Under the pieces are notes generated by a model. It did no database searches, had not been told where the DNA came from, and was given only the letters and a program-made list of their open reading frames with translations. From a virus (Duplodnaviria; Caudoviricetes), in the IMG/VR virus record IMGVR_UViG_3300025035_000602, positions 1 to 40,974 of that record: a stretch of DNA of 40,974 nt; one strand, 5' to 3'. Shown one piece after another: positions 36,300-40,974 of this stretch. The position numbers were made by a program, and so were the translations under genes. The first letter of the stretch is position 1; each line of letters begins with the position of its first letter.

Positions 36300-37069
36300 T
36301 AGAAAGTTCCACCATCAATGACTGCAATATCAAGTTCAGTCGTGATACCGTTTCCTGAAAATGTGATGGCATTGAGATTGAGAGCAGCCGCAGCTAGCAT
36401 GGCATTTGTAATGCCGCTATTTGCAATCGTAAGCGCAGTAGTAATACCGTTGTTACTAAAAACAGAACCCAAATTTAAAGCCGTTGCTGCCAACTTAGCA
36501 TTGGTTACCGCACCAGTCCCAATCTTAGCTTCAGTAACGGCGCCGCCCGCAATCTTAGCCTCAGTGACTGCACTACTAGCAATTTTATTTGCTACAACAG
36601 CACTATCTACAATCTTTACACCGGTGATACCGTTATCAGCTACATCAAAGGTCACATAGGCGTTAGTAGTATTTATATAACTTAATGAAGCCCCCGCACG
36701 TAATACACCATCAGAACCATTGGTATTAAAAAGATAACCGGCAGTACCACCGTCAGCCACAGCTACTAACTGGTCAGTAGATGCATCAGGGATATTTAAC
36801 GCGGTTTTAAGATTGGCAAACGTAATCTTCTTTTCTTTTTGACCAGTTGCTTGACTAGCATCGTGAATGAGCAAAAGATCATTCGCACCATCTACAGTGG
36901 TTAACGCTACAAGACTATCCATAGCAGGTGTGGCGGGCTTATGTGTGGTCGCAGTGTCAGCCACATGTAACGTATTACGATCGGTTGTCCACAAGGGCTC
37001 GCCGATTTCTAAGCCAGTAGTGGGTAAGGAGCCGAATACACCACGTCTTAATCTAAGTTTTTGAGCCAT
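36299..37069 (-). CDS. fibre protein with Mtd-like N-terminus and VTxAKI repeats
   Basis: KLRLRRG...LEIGEPLWTTDRNTLHV; 10-aa repeats; ends IDGGTF. Confidence 0.65.
   Translation of the reverse strand: MAQKLRLRRGVFGSLPTTGLEIGEPLWTTDRNTLHVADTATTHKPATPAMDSLVALTTVDGANDLLLIHDASQATGQKEKKITFANLKTALNIPDASTDQLVAVADGGTAGYLFNTNGSDGVLRAGASLSYINTTNAYVTFDVADNGITGVKIVDSAVVANKIASSAVTEAKIAGGAVTEAKIGTGAVTNAKLAATALNLGSVFSNNGITTALTIANSGITNAMLAAAALNLNAITFSGNGITTELDIAVIDGGTF
36480..36630 (-). repeat. five 10-aa / 30-bp repeats (ITGVKIVDSA VVANKIASSA VTEAKIAGGA VTEAKIGTGA VTNAKLAATA)
   Basis: Visible in the translation and in DNA (aatcttagcttcagtaac / aatcttagcctcagtgac). Confidence 0.8.
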
Positions 37070-37079
37070 GTCTTATACC

Positions 37080-37499
37080 TCAGTATTCGAAAGTTCCGCC
37101 ATCAATAATATGAAGGCCTAGGTTTTGTTGAGCGCTCTCTCGCTCTAATTGTGTAGAAATTTCACTAAACAAAGTTGCTACTTGAAAAGAATTTAAAGCT
37201 CTAGTAGCTAACTCTTGGTTAACCTTCAGAGGATACAATTCTGTGCCATTGCCCTCAATAGTACTTTCATCCGAAACTACACCAACACCGTTGAAGTATT
37301 GATTGATAATAGTGGATGGTGAAACTATCGCTAGGCTATGAACTATATCGATAACAGATAAAGTTGCTACGTCTACAGTAATGTTGAGATCTGGTGTCAA
37401 TACATTAACTGTTAGCTCAGAACTCTCATTAGAGATCTCAACCGTGTTTTGATTAATCTCTACAGTCAATTCATTGCTGTTTTCAGAGATAATCGTCAC
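37080..37499 (-). CDS. putative fibre-associated protein
   Basis: Internal repeat ISENSNELTVE/ISNESSELTVN; TIEGNGT..YPL fibre-type motif; ends IIDGGTFEY. Confidence 0.55.
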   Translation of the reverse strand: MTIISENSNELTVEINQNTVEISNESSELTVNVLTPDLNITVDVATLSVIDIVHSLAIVSPSTIINQYFNGVGVVSDESTIEGNGTELYPLKVNQELATRALNSFQVATLFSEISTQLERESAQQNLGLHIIDGGTFEY

Positions 37500-37897
37500 A
37501 TCGAAGCACCTCTTGTAATACTGGGCTTCACATTAAAGATGCCCTCAACCAGTCTGATTGACGTATTAGGCTTATCATTAGGATCCCAAATGACTAATTC
37601 GTAGATCCAATTTGCCTCCATATTATTAGTAGGTAACCCGGCAGTATCAATCGCACTAACTATGACTGAAATTACAGGCTCTGTTGCCGAAAAAACAAGC
37701 GAACTAACCCCGGGAGCAGCTACGCCTGATTCTAATTCAAATATAAGACTTTCAGAATTCATGCTCCTTCTAACACTAAATACGCCAGCATACGCGGAGA
37801 TATCGATTGGGTTACCTCCGCTGTCATCAAAGGATTTTATTGTGAACCTGAAAACTGCGTTTTGATAAACCTCCACGTTATACTTTACAGGGTTCAT
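37496..37897 (-). CDS. BppU-N-like fibre attachment/adaptor protein
   Basis: YQNAVF...PIDISAY...VIVSAIDTAGL...YELVI...RLVEGIFNVKPSITR pattern. Confidence 0.6.
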   Translation of the reverse strand: MNPVKYNVEVYQNAVFRFTIKSFDDSGGNPIDISAYAGVFSVRRSMNSESLIFELESGVAAPGVSSLVFSATEPVISVIVSAIDTAGLPTNNMEANWIYELVIWDPNDKPNTSIRLVEGIFNVKPSITRGASM

Positions 37898-38505
37898 ACC
37901 GGCACCCTCAACATGGACGGACTAAATCTTATCTCTATAAGACCTCTCACCGGCTTAGTAAGCTTAGAGAAGCCCACGACACCATACTGCGCACTCTGCA
38001 CGCCTGTAAGTTCAAAAAAGCCATAAACAGGCTTGTTTACCTTAGGTAATACCTCCCACAGAGGATTTACAGACAAGGTTGAAGGTATCTGTAGGTAAAC
38101 AGTACGCGGGTCAAGTTCTGACCACAAATTAAAGTCTGTAGAGGGACTGACGGTATCTGCCGCCGTTGTGGTCCGTTTGGGTGTATAGTAGCGACCACCT
38201 TCGCTTACAAAATCACCAAAATTAACTGCTAACCCAGAGACCCATTGGCCCATATTTGAAGGGATTCTCACATTAACTGCTGTCTCAATGCCATTGGGGT
38301 TTTCTTCTTCAGGAATTTCTCCTGGTTTAGTATTCGCGGCTTCGATGACTACGGCTTCAAATATATATCCGGAACTAGCTGCAATCTCCACGAAGTCTAG
38401 CACAATGGGGATTTCTAATTGCTCACCTCTTACGATAGAGATCATAGCGGAGCCCCTGTCTACATTAAACTCTTGCTTAATATTTGTAATATTCGAACGT
38501 GCCAT
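37894..38505 (-). CDS. hypothetical virion-associated protein
   Basis: AAGGAG SD; internal W.SG.....GDFVS..GRYY segment resembling a small carbohydrate-binding module. Confidence 0.55.
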   Translation of the reverse strand: MARSNITNIKQEFNVDRGSAMISIVRGEQLEIPIVLDFVEIAASSGYIFEAVVIEAANTKPGEIPEEENPNGIETAVNVRIPSNMGQWVSGLAVNFGDFVSEGGRYYTPKRTTTAADTVSPSTDFNLWSELDPRTVYLQIPSTLSVNPLWEVLPKVNKPVYGFFELTGVQSAQYGVVGFSKLTKPVRGLIEIRFSPSMLRVPV

Positions 38506-38514
38506 AAGGACTCC

Positions 38515-39840
38515 TTAAAAATTATCTGTTTGTTTTGACACAGTGCTGACGCTTTTCGCTAAAGAGAAAAGGTACTCAGTAGGATATCTGACTAGGTCAG
38601 AGAAATGTTCTTCACCTTTGCTTTTATCAATCACAGCTAAATTGGGGTTACCTTCTACCCACACTGTACGTTCCATGGAGCGAATGATACCCTTGCATCT
38701 TGGATGAAATAGCATCCCGATATCTCCGGCAGCAGTCTTAAGCTTACTGTTTACAGCGGCCACTGAGTCGGTAATCCCTGGGCTATTACTTCTAGCACAT
38801 ACTCTGATACCCTTGCTTTTAAGTATACGGAAATCTGTGACACCCACTGGCGCTGATGTCTTTCTGCTGTTTCCTGTTGGGTCAGGAAAAGCTATGATAC
38901 TACGCCCGGGGAACTTGGCCACTATGTAATTAGCCAGCTCTTCCGTATTGGGCATTCCTTTGCATTCATCTAACCAATGCATTTGTTTGCCACGCAATGC
39001 AAAGAAGCCAGTACATTGCAAGCCTACATTAAAGTCAATACCAACATGAATGTCTTCATGATCATCAAAGTAATGTAGGCCATCATCAACGTGAAGCTTA
39101 CGGTCAAAGCAATAGAACACATTGGCACCAGATTCTTTAAACGATGACAGATATTCTCTTGCAAAGGTTAGAGGATCTATGCGATGCTTAATCTTTTCGA
39201 TTTCATTAGGATCTAACAGAGGGGAGCTACGATAATCGAACCTATAAGCACCCCAATCAGGGTCAATCTCGGCGAAGTTATACATATCATACAGATAATT
39301 ATAACCATTTGATGTACTGATCGTCAAAGACCTGCCGCAAGTGTCTAAGCCAAACTCTCTAGCTCTCTTAGGGGACCAACGTGTGGTTATACATGGTTCG
39401 ATAATATCTTCCCAAGCCTTTTGAAACCCTAACCCCTTACGCCATGAAGACACTTCATCATTTACCACGAAGTAGGAACCCTTGCCGCGCATTCTTTCGA
39501 TAGCCTCATATGATACCAACCGGAGTGTCACACCATTGCCGAAATCAAACTTGCCTGTATTTTTATTGCCGTACCTGAGATAACCGAAGTCATACGCTAG
39601 AATAGGCCAATAGATGTCTAACATTTGGTCGAATGTAGGACCGATAATATGTACATTTTTATTAGGTACAATTTCAGGCATCTCTAAGAGTTCATGCACG
39701 GCTGTGCTTGCGGCTAATCCCGCAAGATACGTCTTACCCCAACCTCTAGAGCATACAGCAGCAACATGCCTGTATAGCCTGTCTACAAATAAGGCACGGT
39801 ACACTCTACTTTGCCCTCTGTGTAACCTAATAGTCGGCAT
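38515..39840 (-). CDS. terL: terminase large subunit
   Basis: Walker A CSRGWGKT, Walker B FVVNDE, coupling motif IST, nuclease GIDFN ... HFSDLVRY. Confidence 0.93.
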   Translation of the reverse strand: MPTIRLHRGQSRVYRALFVDRLYRHVAAVCSRGWGKTYLAGLAASTAVHELLEMPEIVPNKNVHIIGPTFDQMLDIYWPILAYDFGYLRYGNKNTGKFDFGNGVTLRLVSYEAIERMRGKGSYFVVNDEVSSWRKGLGFQKAWEDIIEPCITTRWSPKRAREFGLDTCGRSLTISTSNGYNYLYDMYNFAEIDPDWGAYRFDYRSSPLLDPNEIEKIKHRIDPLTFAREYLSSFKESGANVFYCFDRKLHVDDGLHYFDDHEDIHVGIDFNVGLQCTGFFALRGKQMHWLDECKGMPNTEELANYIVAKFPGRSIIAFPDPTGNSRKTSAPVGVTDFRILKSKGIRVCARSNSPGITDSVAAVNSKLKTAAGDIGMLFHPRCKGIIRSMERTVWVEGNPNLAVIDKSKGEEHFSDLVRYPTEYLFSLAKSVSTVSKQTDNF

Positions 39841-40261
39841 CTATAAACTCTCCTTCGATTATATTATCCTCATCTTCATCAGCTAGTATGAGGGTTAACC
39901 CGCCGGTGTCTTTTGGATAGGAGTCTTCGCGTGGTTCTGGGACTCTTGCATAAGCATAGCGCATAAGGTCATTATTAATGTTAACCATGTTGGTCAAAAC
40001 CGACATATGCGCCAGTGATGAATACTTTACAGTTTTCTTTTGTAAACCTGTGGGGATCCCTTCTATCAATGTTATCTTATTCTTACCCCTAATGTCACGC
40101 CAAAACTTATCTTCATTGTCTAGCCTATGGTATAAATCTACCATGTTCGCCATAGGGTCAAATCCTAGTTCGCTTAGACGGGCCACAGAAGCCGGTAATT
40201 CCATATGGGTACCGCGAACTTTCCTTCCAAGAGCTTTTAATGTCTTTGAAGATTCATTCAT
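39827..40261 (-). CDS. putative terminase small subunit
   Basis: 144 aa, overlaps the terL start, AAGGAG SD, acidic C-terminus; assigned by synteny. Confidence 0.65.
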   Translation of the reverse strand: MNESSKTLKALGRKVRGTHMELPASVARLSELGFDPMANMVDLYHRLDNEDKFWRDIRGKNKITLIEGIPTGLQKKTVKYSSLAHMSVLTNMVNINNDLMRYAYARVPEPREDSYPKDTGGLTLILADEDEDNIIEGEFIDADY

Positions 40262-40346
40262 ATTAACTCCTTCTTATCAATCCGGATGGTTACACCTCCT
40301 TGTCACGAAGACTGGCTTTTTATAGCCTAGGGAAATCCTTTATACC

Positions 40347-40371
40347 ATCATATAGGGTTAATTCAACTCAG
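40347..40371 (-). promoter_or_regulatory. candidate phage-RNAP promoter CTGAGTTGAATTAACCCTATATGAT
   Basis: 22/25 identical to 25201..25225; ~85 bp upstream of terS, oriented into the structural operon. Confidence 0.55.
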
Positions 40372-40794
40372 TGCTTTACGGATAGCACTTCCCGCTTGAT
40401 ATTCACAGTTATTTTAACCCTTTATCGAGTTCCGAAGATAGCTTGCAAAAGCTGATCAAACGAAAAGATATTTGGGGACTCCTAGTGCTGTACCTAAGCC
40501 TTCCCTCTTAGGTAGATCACAACCAGGATACAACAGGTGCCACAAGCTTAAAGATCTCGAAAAGACGCCTGTTGTATTCTTTTTTATTAAAAGAAAATTT
40601 TTGCTGTTTTACCAACTCTAGACGCCAACATGCTTTTCCGCCTTTTGCTTTCGTGGGGTTTGCTTTTAGGCTTTTGCTGGTGAAAACATCACACATAGTG
40701 ATGGGTCTGTCTAGTATTGGTAAAGGGGATATGGGGTTTCCTTTTATTGCCTTTTCCACAGTGAAAATAAATGATAATTAAGCTATCCCATAAA

Positions 40795-40842
40795 AAGCAG
40801 TAGTAAGTAATTTAATCATCCTAAGGGAAGCAGTAGTAAGTA
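40795..40842. repeat. 15-bp direct repeat AAGCAGTAGTAAGTA (40795..40809, 40828..40842)
   Basis: Exact repeat, 33-bp period, intergenic. Confidence 0.85.
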
Positions 40843-40848
40843 GGTTTC

Positions 40849-40898
40849 AAAAAAAAAAATAAAGGCTCCCTACCACCTCATAAAGAGGTAGTAGGAAG
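40849..40898 (-). terminator. intrinsic terminator of the upstream minus-strand gene
   Basis: Minus strand CTTCCTACTACCTC-TTTAT-GAGGTGGTAGGGAG (14 bp with two G-U pairs), then CCTTTA and T11. Confidence 0.8.
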
Positions 40899-40903
40899 AG
40901 ACG

Positions 40904-40974
40904 TTACATCTTATCTTTGCCAGTATTTGCCTCCTGCTCAATTGAATTATCCCTATATAGCATAATCGTATTAT
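40904..40974 (-). CDS. probable 3' end of a gene entering from outside the window
   Basis: Open frame ...NTIMLYRDNSIEQEANTGKDKM-TAA ending just before the terminator. Confidence 0.4.
   Translation of the reverse strand, partial: NTIMLYRDNSIEQEANTGKDKM

Noticed and set aside
40491-40514. Hairpin TACCTAAG-N8-CTTAGGTA
   Set aside because: Single AT-rich 8-bp stem without a U-tract or second copy; not enough evidence for a function.
40517-40781. ORFs 40517..40759 (-) and 40572..40781 (+)
   Set aside because: No convincing SD or motif, mutually overlapping, in a repeat/regulatory-rich region; cannot be supported as genes.
1-40974. Stop-codon reassignment, tRNA/rRNA genes, integrase or transposase
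   Set aside because: Genes tile densely in the standard code using all three stops; no such RNA genes or mobile-element enzymes were recognised by eye.

Overview
A ~41 kb, almost entirely minus-strand virion morphogenesis and lysis region of a tailed dsDNA phage with a long non-contractile (siphovirus-type) tail. An Rz/Rz1-like spanin pair suggests a Gram-negative host. Reading right to left: small and large terminase; a ~7 kb block of fibre-like/accessory virion genes and lysis genes (holin-like proteins, spanin pair, M15 endolysin) lying between terL and portal; portal; a 1542-aa protein fusing a MuF/SPP1-gp7 minor head domain to a T7-type single-subunit RNA polymerase with all the main catalytic motifs; scaffold; major capsid; head-tail joining proteins; major tail; tail chaperones joined by a GGGAAAG -1 frameshift; a ~3320-aa tape measure; tail-tip proteins; a cupin; a GT2 glycosyltransferase; and small hypotheticals. 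The most striking system is the MuF-RNAP fusion (candidate virion-packaged, injected RNAP). It comes with a repeated intergenic motif (CTGAGTTRAATTAACCCTWTAYGAT) upstream of terS and of scaffold/capsid, which shares AATTAACCCT with the T3 promoter. All assignments come from reading motifs and synteny by eye; no database searches were run.
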